A stretch of DNA of 64,000 nt from an uncultured Muribaculaceae bacterium. Lineage in GTDB: Bacteria > Bacteroidota > Bacteroidia > Bacteroidales > UBA932. The stretch spans positions 2,861 to 66,860 of the forward strand of contig CAYVED010000005.1 of NCBI GenBank assembly GCA_964449975.1. Reading direction: 5' to 3'. Positions 26,694-37,032 of this stretch are shown here, in pieces. Made by a program: the position numbers and the translations under genes. Under the pieces are notes generated by a model that searched no databases, was not told the DNA's origin, and saw only the letters and a program-made list of their open reading frames with translations. The stretch's first letter is position 1. Every line of letters starts with the position of its first letter.

Positions 26694-27260
26694 ATGAAAC
26701 TTTTAATTGCCGTTGCGCTTTTTGCCATATCAAATACAGCATTAACCGCCCAAAGCGCCAATACAAAACACTGTGAAGGGTGCAGGGAATCGTCGGTGAT
26801 TTCGGACGGTATAATATGTCCCGATGATAAGCACTCCGTATCCGGGTCCATACAAAACCAGGAACAAAAAAAGACGGAAAAACGCCATCCTTCAAAAGAG
26901 GAAATAAGCGCACAGAAAATAGCATTTTTTACCCAGGAACTGAATCTTACCCCGCAAGAGGCCGAAAAATTCTGGCCGGTATATAATGCCAGTTGGCATG
27001 CACGCGGAAAAGCGAGAAAGGAGATAATGAGAAATCTTGAAAAGCTTAATAAAGCGCTTGACGAAAATCCTCCCGTTCCGGATGCGGAGATAGAGGCTTT
27101 ATCGGACACCTATATAAAGAGCTTTAAAAAAGAGGGAGATCTTTACATCTCTTACTTTAACGACTTTAAAAAAGTTCTTCCGCTACGTAAAGCCGCAAAG
27201 GTATTCAGTGCGGAAGAAAAGTTCAGGGTAATGCTCATAAAGCAATTAAGGGGTAAGTAA
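26694..27260 (+). CDS. exported helical protein (possibly Spy/CpxP-like), third gene of the ECF cluster
   Basis: Signal peptide MKLLIAVALFAISNTALTAQ and a charged helical body (KIAFFTQELNLTPQEAEKFWPVYNASW). The family call is tentative. Confidence 0.45.
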   Translation: MKLLIAVALFAISNTALTAQSANTKHCEGCRESSVISDGIICPDDKHSVSGSIQNQEQKKTEKRHPSKEEISAQKIAFFTQELNLTPQEAEKFWPVYNASWHARGKARKEIMRNLEKLNKALDENPPVPDAEIEALSDTYIKSFKKEGDLYISYFNDFKKVLPLRKAAKVFSAEEKFRVMLIKQLRGK

Positions 27261-27788
27261 AGGGGCAAAAAAGTCCGCATTCTCTTCCCTGGTGTAAAAA
27301 GTCCTGAAAATAAGGAATACTTCCTTTTGTTTTATGGAATGCAGGTGGATACAACTTATTTTATTATTCAGATAAAATCTTACGCTGTCCAGAACCATCT
27401 GCATGGGAGGATATATCGGAATAGAAACAGATTTATGGGATGACGGGGCTGTATATATGGAAATATTCTCTATTGCAAATTCGTCGCACAGATTCAAGTG
27501 ACTATTATCGAACCCTAATAATATAAATTCGGAATCATCTCCGGCAAAACCCTGTCCATGATGATTCGCCTGAATATATATCATCTCACCGCCGTAAAGT
27601 TCTTTACTCTCCACTTCTTTAAATGAAAGCCTCATTTTGCCGCTCTGCAAAAAGAGAATATAGTTCATTTTTTTGTCTAAAAGCATAAAATCTTCATCTT
27701 TACTAAGGCTGTGAAAGCTGAATCCCACGCTTTTATCGGAGTGATAATTCACACATGAAAGATGTTCTTCAGGATATAAAAGTTTCAT
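27246..27788 (-). CDS. AraC-family regulator N-terminal module lacking the HTH domain (possibly truncated)
   Basis: The tail ...HSIKQKEVFLIFRTFYTREENADFFAPLL matches the linker that in Bacteroides AraC-type proteins immediately precedes the HTH domain. The ORF stops there and runs into the convergent gene. Confidence 0.4.
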   Translation of the reverse strand: MKLLYPEEHLSCVNYHSDKSVGFSFHSLSKDEDFMLLDKKMNYILFLQSGKMRLSFKEVESKELYGGEMIYIQANHHGQGFAGDDSEFILLGFDNSHLNLCDEFAIENISIYTAPSSHKSVSIPIYPPMQMVLDSVRFYLNNKISCIHLHSIKQKEVFLIFRTFYTREENADFFAPLLTP

Positions 27789-27825
27789 AAATTTAAAGTT
27801 CTAATTATATTATAAATTTAAACAA

Positions 27826-28728
27826 TCAGAATTTCAGATAGAATTCTTTGGTAAGTTCCCGGTATCCGGAAGTATAATCGCCTCCTTCCGCAACCACCAG
27901 TTCCTCTTTTACAAAAAGAGTGTTTAATGTACCTTCTGCAAACATAAATTCCATAAGATACCTACCGGGCTTTTTTATTCCGGTAGTACGTACACGACAT
28001 AACCTGACCGGATGCAATGCAAACTCTCCGGGACGTTTACGGGCGTTATTAAACAAAAAAACTGTTTTTTCAAGAAATAACTCTCCTTCCTCCGCCGGAA
28101 GTATCAAAGCGAGCCGTCCTCCCTTTTTAAGCAATTTTAAAGAATATCTTATCAATTCGCTTTGAGAGAGCATATCGGTATGGCGGGCATTAGAACGGGA
28201 CTGTTCCGGAGATTTAAGGGAATTTATAAAATAAGGCGGATTCGAGAATATATAATCATATTTCTTCCCCGGCAATAACCCCGGTATCTGCTGCAATGAG
28301 CAAAGACGCGCCTCCAGAATTATACCGTAATCACCTCCTCCCCAGGGAGAAGCCGAGAAGTTCTTAACGGCATCCCTGTACGAACTTTCATCTATCTCAA
28401 CCGCATCTATCAGAGCATTAATAAACATACCGCCCTCTCCTGCCGGAGATAATCCCGTCCTGCGGTTAATCGCGGCCAGCCTTTGCGCGGCCATAAGAGC
28501 CAGAACGCCCGTGCCTGTACCTATATCAAGCAGATCCAGGCCTTTATGTACATCCTGGCCGCAATATTCCCGCAAACCGTTTTGCTCCCGGCAGTCTTTT
28601 TCGTTAAAATCTGCCGGAAGATTATCGGGAAGACTCATCCAGGCTCCCAGCAAAACGCTGTCGGTATTTACCCGCATAGCGGAATTACCCTGCTCTACGG
28701 TAAATTGCTTAAATCTGAAACTGTCCAT
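27826..28728 (-). CDS. tRNA1(Val) (adenine37-N6)-methyltransferase-like SAM methyltransferase
   Basis: FRFKQF...N-terminus, [15 protein letters not shown] motif and NPPYF catalytic motif. It is about 60 aa longer than typical family members. Confidence 0.75.
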   Translation of the reverse strand: MDSFRFKQFTVEQGNSAMRVNTDSVLLGAWMSLPDNLPADFNEKDCREQNGLREYCGQDVHKGLDLLDIGTGTGVLALMAAQRLAAINRRTGLSPAGEGGMFINALIDAVEIDESSYRDAVKNFSASPWGGGDYGIILEARLCSLQQIPGLLPGKKYDYIFSNPPYFINSLKSPEQSRSNARHTDMLSQSELIRYSLKLLKKGGRLALILPAEEGELFLEKTVFLFNNARKRPGEFALHPVRLCRVRTTGIKKPGRYLMEFMFAEGTLNTLFVKEELVVAEGGDYTSGYRELTKEFYLKF

Positions 28729-29407
28729 CTTTCATTACCATACACCGGTCGCACATCTGCGCCAACTCTTTCTCATGCGTTACGATAACTATTGTCTGAC
28801 CGTACTTTTCCCTCAGATCGAAAAACAGCCGGTGAAGCTCCTCCTTGTTCTTGCTGTCGAGATTCCCCGAGGGTTCGTCTGCAAACAATACCGCCGGTTT
28901 GTTTATAAGTGCCCTGGCAACGGCCACACGCTGCTGCTCCCCGCCACTCATATGCGACGGCTTATGATCCGTACGCTCCTCCAGTCCCAGGTCGCAGAGT
29001 ATCCGCCGCGCCCTCTCCCTTATAGCTTTTTCGCTCCACTTTTCCGGTTCTGCTTCCGCAAATATCCTGCGGCCGGAATTAGACCGGGCAATAAGGGCAG
29101 GCATCATAACGTTTTCCAGAGCAGTAAACTCCGGCAGCAGATGGTGGAACTGGAATACAAAGCCTATTTTCCTGTTTCTGAACACCGATAACTTATCGGA
29201 AGAGAGAGAGAAAATATCTACCCCGTCTATAATGACCTTCCCGCTGTCGGGATACAAAAGGGAACCCATTATCTGCAATAATGTAGACTTTCCGGCACCG
29301 CTCGCACCCACTATGCTTACTACCTCCGCAGGTTCTATTCTAAGGTTTATACCTTTAAGCACCTGCAATTCTCCGTATGATTTTTTTATCTCTTTACATT
29401 CTATCAT
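28709..29407 (-). CDS. ABC transporter ATP-binding protein (LolD/MacB-type)
   Basis: Walker [10 protein letters not shown], signature [15 protein letters not shown] and Walker [13 protein letters not shown]. Confidence 0.85.
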   Translation of the reverse strand: MIECKEIKKSYGELQVLKGINLRIEPAEVVSIVGASGAGKSTLLQIMGSLLYPDSGKVIIDGVDIFSLSSDKLSVFRNRKIGFVFQFHHLLPEFTALENVMMPALIARSNSGRRIFAEAEPEKWSEKAIRERARRILCDLGLEERTDHKPSHMSGGEQQRVAVARALINKPAVLFADEPSGNLDSKNKEELHRLFFDLREKYGQTIVIVTHEKELAQMCDRCMVMKDGQFQI

Positions 29408-29553
29408 TTTATCACGCTTTTACCGCAAGAAGGTTGTCCGAAATCAATCCCGGTATTACCGCCATACATAGCGTATTCCGGCTTCAGAACGTTGCCGTCC
29501 GATTGATTTGCAAACAACCTCCTCTTTAATAATAACAAGGACGTAACAGACGG

Positions 29554-31707
29554 TTATTCCTCTTTTTCCATAGCCTCGTATGCTTTCAGTAATTTTTCCT
29601 GTACATCGGAAGGAACCTGCTGATACTCTGCAAACGACATCGAGAACGTAGCCCTTCCGCTTGTAAGCGAACTGAGAGTGGTTGAATATTTATACATTTC
29701 TGCCAACGGAACCCTGGCTTTAAGCACTTCGAAGCCTTTCTCACTGCTCATGCCCTCTATCATGGCGCGCCTGTTCTGAAGATCGCTCATAACATCACCC
29801 ATACAATCTCCGGGAACAAATATTTCCACATTGTAAATAGGTTCCATTATTTTAGGGCCTGCTTTCTTGAATGCTTCCTTGAAAGCGTTTCTGCCGGCGA
29901 GTTTAAATGCCAGCTCATTAGAATCCACCGGGTGCATTTTGCCGTCATATACGTAAACCTTTATGTCGCGGGCATAAGAGCCGGTAAGAGGGCCTTCGGT
30001 CATTTTTTCCATTATACCTTTAAGTATAGCAGGCATGAATCTTGCGTCTATAGCTCCGCCCACGATACAGTTATAATATTCCAGTTTTCCGCCCCACTCG
30101 AGAGGATATTCCTCTTTCCCCTTTATGTTCAGTACCATATCCTGGCCGTTCACCTTGAATTTGTTATTCTGCGGCGCTCCCTCTACATAAGGTTCTATAA
30201 GCAGGTGAACCTCTCCGAACTGTCCCGCTCCGCCCGATTGTTTCTTATGACGGTAATCGGCTGTCGCAATTTTGGTAATCGTCTCCCTGTACGGTATTTT
30301 AGGAGGATAAAGTTCTATCTCCATTTTATGCAAGTTGTTAATAGTCCATTTCAGGATATTGATATGATGCTCTCCCTGTCCGCTGAGAATAATCTGTTTA
30401 AGCTCTTTTGAATATTCCACTATAATCGTAGGATCTTCCGCATTTGCCCTGTTAAGGATTTCCCCCAGTTTTTCATCATCTTTCTCGTCTTTGGCCTTTA
30501 TTGCCGTACGGAATTTAGGTTTGGGAAATTTTGTAGGCTTGAATACGAACTCACAGTTGCCCGAATTAAGAGTCTGGCCTGTTTTTACAGATTTCAGTTT
30601 TACCGTACAGGCTATATCTCCCGCCATAACTTCGGAAATTTTCTCCCTTTTCTTTCCTGCGGCCGCATAAATGGCTGCAATCCTCTCCTTCGATCCGGTC
30701 TCCGGATTCACCAGATCCATCCCTTCCGTAAGTTTCCCCGACATTACTTTAAAATACGACACCTCGCCCAAATGCGGCTCCATAGCGGTTTTATATATAA
30801 AAATAGAAGTAGGGCCGTTTACGTCCACTTTAACTTTCGTGCCTTCTTTCAGTTCGTTTTCATTAGTATCCGGAGCCGGAGCGGCATTGATCGTAAACTC
30901 CATAAGCCTTTTAACGCCTATATCTTTCTTTGCGGATAAACAGAATACCGGCATTATATCCCCTTTCCTCATTCCTATTTTCATTCCGCTTCTTATTTCA
31001 TCTTCGGTAAGAACCCCTTTATCGAAAAATATCTCCATTAAGGTCTCGTCATTTTCCGCACTCATCTCCACCAGTTGTTGATGTAGCTCCTGCGCTTCGT
31101 CCATGTATTCTTGCGGAATTTCAAATGATTCCCTCGATCCGTTATCATCCTTGAATTTATACATTTTCATTTTAAGGACATCTATAAAACTGCTGAACGA
31201 ATTACCCGGATCGACAGGGTATTGCACCAATACCACCTTATTTCCGAATGTCTGTTTCAGAGACTCGACAGTAGCATGCCAGTCCTGTTTCTCATGATCC
31301 AACTGGTTTACGCCTATAATAATAGGTTTCTGATGTTTGATGGCATGGCGGGCAACTATCTCCGTTCCTACCTCAACCCCCTGGGCAGCGTTCACCAGCA
31401 ATATCCCCGTTTCGGCAACCGAAAATGCAGAATATACGCCGCCTACGAAATCATCCGACCCGGGAGTATCTATAATATTGAATTTATTATCCATAAATTC
31501 CGTATATAACAGGGTAGGATAGATAGACCTCTGATATATCTGTTCTATTTCCGTATTGTCACTTATCGTATTTTTCCCCTCTATTGTCCCTCTGCGGTCA
31601 ATAACTTTTCCTTCAAACATCATAGTCTCCGCCAATGTAGTTTTACCGGATTTGGAACTTCCTAACAGGACAACGTTCCTAACATTCTTGGTGTCATAAG
31701 TTTTCAT
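29554..31707 (-). CDS. elongation factor G paralog (EF-G2-like)
   Basis: 717 aa. Divergent P-loop GSSKSGKTT instead of AHxDxGKTT, DTPGSDDF, and EF-G domains II-V recognisable. Confidence 0.85.
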   Translation of the reverse strand: MKTYDTKNVRNVVLLGSSKSGKTTLAETMMFEGKVIDRRGTIEGKNTISDNTEIEQIYQRSIYPTLLYTEFMDNKFNIIDTPGSDDFVGGVYSAFSVAETGILLVNAAQGVEVGTEIVARHAIKHQKPIIIGVNQLDHEKQDWHATVESLKQTFGNKVVLVQYPVDPGNSFSSFIDVLKMKMYKFKDDNGSRESFEIPQEYMDEAQELHQQLVEMSAENDETLMEIFFDKGVLTEDEIRSGMKIGMRKGDIMPVFCLSAKKDIGVKRLMEFTINAAPAPDTNENELKEGTKVKVDVNGPTSIFIYKTAMEPHLGEVSYFKVMSGKLTEGMDLVNPETGSKERIAAIYAAAGKKREKISEVMAGDIACTVKLKSVKTGQTLNSGNCEFVFKPTKFPKPKFRTAIKAKDEKDDEKLGEILNRANAEDPTIIVEYSKELKQIILSGQGEHHINILKWTINNLHKMEIELYPPKIPYRETITKIATADYRHKKQSGGAGQFGEVHLLIEPYVEGAPQNNKFKVNGQDMVLNIKGKEEYPLEWGGKLEYYNCIVGGAIDARFMPAILKGIMEKMTEGPLTGSYARDIKVYVYDGKMHPVDSNELAFKLAGRNAFKEAFKKAGPKIMEPIYNVEIFVPGDCMGDVMSDLQNRRAMIEGMSSEKGFEVLKARVPLAEMYKYSTTLSSLTSGRATFSMSFAEYQQVPSDVQEKLLKAYEAMEKEE

Positions 31708-31891
31708 CTTGGTTTTATTATCTTTAAGTTGTTTATAATTAAATGTTTACTCTTTTTTATAGTACAGAATTCAAATTTAATGTTTTTTTTTCTAAAAAGC
31801 AATGCCAACCCAACAATTACACCCTCTAGTTGTATATTTAGCATATATCCTATGCTTATACCCTACAACTATATGTAATAGTTTTGTGGTT

Positions 31892-32254
31892 ATGAATAAA
31901 AACGCAAATATAAAACGCCGTATTTACGAGCAGAGAAGAATAAAAGGCTATTCCCAGGAATACATGGCCGACAGACTCGACATCTCTCTTAATTCTTACC
32001 GGAAAATAGAGAAAGGCGATACCAACCTTGTAAGTTCAAGGCTGGATGATATTGCAGATATTCTGGAGGTTCCATGTGACGATCTCATTTTTGACATGGA
32101 AAATACAAGAGCCGAATATTCTTTAAATCATTTGCGGAAGATAGAAGAACTTACGAAGAAAATCGAAGCAAAAGACAAATATATAGCTTATCTGGAACAG
32201 TTGATAGCGCTTCAGAGAGAAAAACTAGAATCTTACAGCAAACCCAAACCGTAA
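31892..32254 (+). CDS. XRE-family HTH transcriptional regulator with a coiled-coil tail
   Basis: IYEQRRIKGYSQEYMADRLDISLNSYRKIEKGDT. The internal ATG at 31892 is preferred over the 31802 ORF start. Confidence 0.75.
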   Translation: MNKNANIKRRIYEQRRIKGYSQEYMADRLDISLNSYRKIEKGDTNLVSSRLDDIADILEVPCDDLIFDMENTRAEYSLNHLRKIEELTKKIEAKDKYIAYLEQLIALQREKLESYSKPKP

Positions 32255-32280
32255 AGTTTCATCAAGGGATTATGTTCTGT

Positions 32281-33063
32281 TCAAAATCTGATTTCACCGC
32301 AAATTCCCACCGCCCCCTTTCCGTAATAAGGCATCGCGGCCATAATTACTTTATTCCGTTTCTGCTTTCTTTTAAATAGTCCGTTTTTATCGGTGAAGAT
32401 CCAATATGAAATCCTGGTGCTCAGTATCCCGATACCGGCTCCGGCAAGTACATCGGTCGTCCAGTGTCGGTCGTTATAGATACGCAGCACTCCGGTAAGT
32501 ATTGCCATAGAATAACCGGCAAAACCTATCCAGGGATTGGTATCTTTATATTCCATACGTAAAAATTCCGCCCCCATAAAAGCCGTGGCAGCGTGTCCCG
32601 ACGGGAATGAATTAAAAACGGCAACATCGGGACGACGAATACCGGCAACACGCTTGATCGCCGTTACTGATACGCTCATAATCAAGTAAGAAGATGCAAG
32701 CAGAATAGTGCGGTCAAGAAGGTTGTTTTTACTTTTAACCCCTAAAGCATTAAGACCGTACGACAAGACCACAGGCATATACTGGAGATAGTCATCTATT
32801 CTGACGGGAACGCCGGGGCGGGAGAGAACGGAGCGGATCTTTTGATTCGGCATACCGGTCCAGTTTTGTTTAAGACTCAAAGTCCCAACCCCTATACATA
32901 ATACCGGCACGATAAGTTGCCTGTATGTAAACGGCGTCCCTGAAGAATAGTTCCTTAGAGAATCCTGTTTACGGGCGAATATTTCAGATGAAAAAACCGA
33001 GCATAATATTAAATATATAATTACAGGTTTCAAATATCTTTTTTTCTCTTTTATTACAGTCAT
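32281..33063 (-). CDS. PAP2 superfamily phosphatase (membrane)
   Basis: Motifs KRVAGIRRP, SFPSGH and the later RHWTTDV. Multiple TM helices. Confidence 0.8.
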   Translation of the reverse strand: MTVIKEKKRYLKPVIIYLILCSVFSSEIFARKQDSLRNYSSGTPFTYRQLIVPVLCIGVGTLSLKQNWTGMPNQKIRSVLSRPGVPVRIDDYLQYMPVVLSYGLNALGVKSKNNLLDRTILLASSYLIMSVSVTAIKRVAGIRRPDVAVFNSFPSGHAATAFMGAEFLRMEYKDTNPWIGFAGYSMAILTGVLRIYNDRHWTTDVLAGAGIGILSTRISYWIFTDKNGLFKRKQKRNKVIMAAMPYYGKGAVGICGEIRF

Positions 33064-33193
33064 CGGCGTACTCTTTTATTACGGGACAATAACGTCCCTG
33101 CTGTTAAAACCCCCTATCAGGAACATCATATAAAAGACTCAATGGGGGGATTCCCGCAATAACCCGTTATATGCGATATAACCTGGCTGTCAC

Positions 33194-33661
33194 ATGGTAT
33201 ATTTATTTGGAATCATATTCAGGCTGACGCTTATTGTCATTCTTATTACGGCCTGCAACAGCGTAAAAGAACCGGACGGGGCCTGCACCTTTTGTTTATA
33301 TCGGGGTAAAAATGCAACGTTGCTGCGGGAAGGGAATCTTATCGTTCTAACCGGCATAGGCGTACGTAAAGAAAGAATATGCGTACCCGTCTCTTTTTAC
33401 AGAGATTCTTTCAGGGGTAGCAGTATATATCCGCACAGGAGTATCCGCATTAAGGGAACTATAAATAATGAGCGGATTACATTTAATCTGATTATCCTGC
33501 CGGTAGGGGAAGAACTTTCAGGTGCCACACTTTTTTCTTTAACGGATACAGTCCGGAGAGAGAGGTACTTTAAAGGCAGACCGCATCTTTCTCTGCAGGA
33601 AAAGTTGGAGAGGCATCTGGAATCGCTCCTGATACTTTGCGGATGTAAACCCGCCGGTTAA
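33194..33661 (+). CDS. hypothetical small lipoprotein (doubtful ORF)
   Basis: The only support is the 155-aa ORF and a lipobox-like LITACNS. The stop overlaps the convergent TonB-dependent receptor stop. Confidence 0.3.
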   Translation: MVYLFGIIFRLTLIVILITACNSVKEPDGACTFCLYRGKNATLLREGNLIVLTGIGVRKERICVPVSFYRDSFRGSSIYPHRSIRIKGTINNERITFNLIILPVGEELSGATLFSLTDTVRRERYFKGRPHLSLQEKLERHLESLLILCGCKPAG

Positions 33662-36099
33662 TACGTGATAGATAACCCGGCATATAATCCGCGTGGCATA
33701 CCCGGACGTATTCCTGCCGGTGTGCGGGATACGATGTAACGGTTATCGAACAGATTAATCGCCGATAGCGAAATTCCGATATGCCTGTTCAGGTTATATT
33801 TGCCTGTAAGATCTACAATAAAACTGTTCCCGGCTTTCCGGGCTGCCGGAATATCTCCTTTTCCCGCTTTGGTTCTGAACCCCGAATTATAGCGGGCGTT
33901 TAACGCCAGGTTGATTTTATCATATTCCAGTCCGATGTTTGCCGCTAATTGATGTTTGGAAATATACGGTATTTCGTCGCCTTCTTTTACTTCGCCCCAA
34001 ACGTCGCTTTTAAATGCATTCTTGAAACGTGTTTTTGTAAGTGTATATGATAACCCCAATGGAAGTTTCAACCTGCTATAGCGTGGCATAAGATTATAAT
34101 TAACCAGAAATTCAAGACCGCCGACATCTACTTTTCCTGCATTAAACTGGTCGAGCGTGCCGCTTCCACCCGTTGCAGCCATATCGCTGCCCAATAAATT
34201 GCTGTATTGGTTCATAAACCCGACTGCTTCAACATACAGCGAGCCGCTCATCAAACGCGCACCCAATTCATAATTGACGCTGTTTTCGGGCTTCGTATCT
34301 GCTTTTACCCCCGGAGGCGCAAAGCCGCGGTGTATCCCGCCAAAAGCGGAAAGACGATGAGAGAAACGATAATTGACACCTATACCCGGAATAAAAGTCC
34401 CCCCAACCTTGTTTTCGATTTTCTTTAATGCGTATCCTTTTCTATCGGGGTCTTTTTTACCGTAATCATCTTGCGAGATCGTAATGTATTCGTAACGCAA
34501 TCCCGGCGTAATTTGAAGATTCCCGTATGTAAATTTATAAAGTATATAACCCGCAAAAGCCCCGGCCTTGATAAGCCGGTTATCGTCCGAACCGGGTTTT
34601 CCCGCAACACCCAATACCATGCCCGATTTTATCATGTCATATTTATCCACATGATGAAAACGGTCTTCCGTATCCTGGTGCAAACGTATGCCGGCTTCCA
34701 CATCGTTGCGTGTATTACCGATATTGAAACTATAATTCGTGCGAACCTGTACTCCTTTCGATACGTATTCGCGTTGGTTCGCTTTCACATTAAGCGGACT
34801 TTTCTGAGTATCTTTCAGTCCTTTCATAACCTCCACTATTTCTGCATATTTAGCCGGATCTTCCAGAGCAGCAGCCATTGATGGCGCTTTGTCACCTATA
34901 TTTACTTTATCGAGTTTATACCAATTACGGTAAAATGTATTGTAATATCCTACAGCCCTTACGGACAGATTCCGGTTAATATTGAAAATATACGTTGCCG
35001 TGAATTGTTTATGGTTCGTTTTCATACGGTCTACCGCAGACGCGGCGTAACGTTTAAATGGAGAGGCTTTATAGTCGGCTTCCGTGATTCCGAGATATGT
35101 TTCATCAGAATCTTCATCGGAGTATTGGAACTTTAATGTTAACGAATGGTTCATATCCTTATCCATATCGGTATTTAACCTCAATTTAGCTGTTATATCG
35201 TTTCTGTCAAATCCCTTTTTTGCGTGATTGTCAATTGACTTGAATCCGTCGGAACGATATTTAAGGAAATCCACCACATAGCCTGCATATTTATGAGAAT
35301 TACCCACGGTGGCTCTCAGGTTACTTGTATTGAAACTTCCGTAAGAAGTTCTCATACTTGCGCTTAGTTTAGCAGGAACGGGAACCGAAATGAAGTTTAT
35401 GGCTCCGCCGGTGGTAAACGGCCCGTATTGAATCTGGCTGCTGCCTTTCAATATCTCAACAGCATCCATTCTTCCTGCCGTCGGGAAATAATAAGCGGCG
35501 GGAGAAGCATAGGGAGCGGGCGCAGCCAATACTCCGTCTTCCATAATGGTTATCTTTGATGTACGGATCGGAGACGAACCTCTTAAGCTGATATTGGGAC
35601 GCAGTCCGAATCCGTCTTCTTCAAACAGGTTTACTCCCGGCACGCTTGCCAATATACGGTTAATATCGGTATAATTAAATTTGCCGAGTTCTTCTTTCGA
35701 CACATAATATCCAGATCCGGTGCGATTCAGAACGGCATGTTTACTTCCTAAAATAGAGGATGCCGAAACCGTAATCTCATCCAGTTCTTTTGTAGTTTCC
35801 GTAAATACAAAATTTTCTTCTATATTGTTTCCCTGTATTGCTGTTACAGGTTTTTCCTGCGATTCGTATCCTACAAAAGAAACCACAATAGAATAATTCC
35901 CTGGATTTACGTTTTTTAGTTCGTAACGTCCTTTAACATCGGTTGCGGCGCCTCTTGAGGAACCTTTAAGGATAACGTTGGCTCCGATTACAGGAGTATT
36001 GTCGGAAAATGTAACTGTTCCTTTGATTGTAGTGTTCTGTGCTACGGCGGCTACAGAAAGTAGTATCGCCGCAATTACATAAAAAAATCTGATTTTCAT
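33658..36099 (-). CDS. TonB-dependent receptor with N-terminal carboxypeptidase-regulatory-like domain
   Basis: Signal peptide, CarboxypepD_reg-like N-terminus (TIKGTVTFSDNTPVIGANVILKG), plug region, and a C-terminal ...GLYAGLSITY terminal aromatic residue. Confidence 0.9.
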   Translation of the reverse strand: MKIRFFYVIAAILLSVAAVAQNTTIKGTVTFSDNTPVIGANVILKGSSRGAATDVKGRYELKNVNPGNYSIVVSFVGYESQEKPVTAIQGNNIEENFVFTETTKELDEITVSASSILGSKHAVLNRTGSGYYVSKEELGKFNYTDINRILASVPGVNLFEEDGFGLRPNISLRGSSPIRTSKITIMEDGVLAAPAPYASPAAYYFPTAGRMDAVEILKGSSQIQYGPFTTGGAINFISVPVPAKLSASMRTSYGSFNTSNLRATVGNSHKYAGYVVDFLKYRSDGFKSIDNHAKKGFDRNDITAKLRLNTDMDKDMNHSLTLKFQYSDEDSDETYLGITEADYKASPFKRYAASAVDRMKTNHKQFTATYIFNINRNLSVRAVGYYNTFYRNWYKLDKVNIGDKAPSMAAALEDPAKYAEIVEVMKGLKDTQKSPLNVKANQREYVSKGVQVRTNYSFNIGNTRNDVEAGIRLHQDTEDRFHHVDKYDMIKSGMVLGVAGKPGSDDNRLIKAGAFAGYILYKFTYGNLQITPGLRYEYITISQDDYGKKDPDRKGYALKKIENKVGGTFIPGIGVNYRFSHRLSAFGGIHRGFAPPGVKADTKPENSVNYELGARLMSGSLYVEAVGFMNQYSNLLGSDMAATGGSGTLDQFNAGKVDVGGLEFLVNYNLMPRYSRLKLPLGLSYTLTKTRFKNAFKSDVWGEVKEGDEIPYISKHQLAANIGLEYDKINLALNARYNSGFRTKAGKGDIPAARKAGNSFIVDLTGKYNLNRHIGISLSAINLFDNRYIVSRTPAGIRPGMPRGLYAGLSITY

Positions 36100-36152
36100 T
36101 TTTAATTGAGTGTTTTTAAAATTAGCTGTTTTCTACAGAAATAAAACTGCGG

Positions 36153-36160
36153 CAAAGATA
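36153..36160 (-). promoter_or_regulatory. candidate -7 promoter box (TATCTTTG) for the TonB-dependent receptor
   Basis: Minus-strand TAnnTTTG match 53 nt upstream of the ATG at 36099. Confidence 0.4.
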
Positions 36161-36390
36161 GATTCTGCTCCAACATGCATCAATCCCTAAAACTAGGAGA
36201 TTTAACTATGTAAAATAATTATTTATAGGGATAGTGTTATGATTAAAAACGACATCCGTTCCTTTGAAGATAGGTTCTAATCATGCTGTGATATAATAAA
36301 GATTCTTTATACTTAAAATTATGTTGAAGTGACATTAGAATTCCATTAATAATAAGACTGTACAGCAAACTAAATTACATTGTTATTAAT

Positions 36391-36398
36391 TATCTTTG
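36391..36398 (+). promoter_or_regulatory. candidate -7 promoter box (TATCTTTG) for rnhB
   Basis: TAnnTTTG match 22 nt upstream of the ATG at 36421. Confidence 0.45.
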
Positions 36399-36420
36399 TT
36401 TCTTTAATAACCATATATAG

Positions 36421-37032
36421 ATGAAACCTGTAATCAAACTGCTCCCTTTCATGGCGGAAGGGGTTATAGAAGCCGGTTGCGATGAAGCCGGCAGAGGGTG
36501 TCTGGCAGGGGCGGTATTTGCCGCCGCCGTAATTCTGCCTCCCGATTTCTATCATCCGCTCCTGAATGATTCCAAACAATTATCGGTAAAACAAAGGGAA
36601 CAATTACGTCCGATAATAGAGAGGGAAGCCGTTTCATGGAATGTTTGCGCCGTCTCTCCGGCAGAAATCGACGAAATCAATATCCTGCGGGCTTCCATTA
36701 CCGGGATGCACCGCGCATTGGATAAACTCCGTGTAAGGCCGGAAGCTATTCTGGTAGACGGGAACCGTTTTTATAAATACCGGAACATCCCTCATACCTG
36801 CGTGATAAAAGGGGACGGAAAATACGCTTCTATTGCCGCTGCTTCCGTACTGGCCAAGACTCACAGGGATGAATATATGCAAAGGCTTGCAGAAGAATAT
36901 CCTCAATACGGCTGGGACAGGAATATGGCATATCCTACAAAAGCGCACCGGGATGCCATAAAGAAATTCGGAGTTACCCCCTATCACCGCATAAGCTATA
37001 AACTGTTGGAGGAAGAACCTCTTTTATTTTAG
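36421..37032 (+). CDS. rnhB: ribonuclease HII
   Basis: [19 protein letters not shown] and DSKQLS motifs. Length is 203 aa. Confidence 0.9.
   Translation: MKPVIKLLPFMAEGVIEAGCDEAGRGCLAGAVFAAAVILPPDFYHPLLNDSKQLSVKQREQLRPIIEREAVSWNVCAVSPAEIDEINILRASITGMHRALDKLRVRPEAILVDGNRFYKYRNIPHTCVIKGDGKYASIAAASVLAKTHRDEYMQRLAEEYPQYGWDRNMAYPTKAHRDAIKKFGVTPYHRISYKLLEEEPLLF

Noticed and set aside
28511-29191. 226-aa plus-strand ORF antisense to the methyltransferase and LolD-like genes
   Set aside because: The opposite-strand genes have canonical Walker/ABC and NPPY motifs. The antisense translation is featureless.
36100-36420. Possible riboswitch in the 320-bp region upstream of the TonB-dependent receptor
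   Set aside because: I could not find conserved cores for cobalamin, TPP or other riboswitches on either strand. Only short 7-bp inverted repeats are present, and a plain TAnnTTTG box 53 nt from the ATG suffices.
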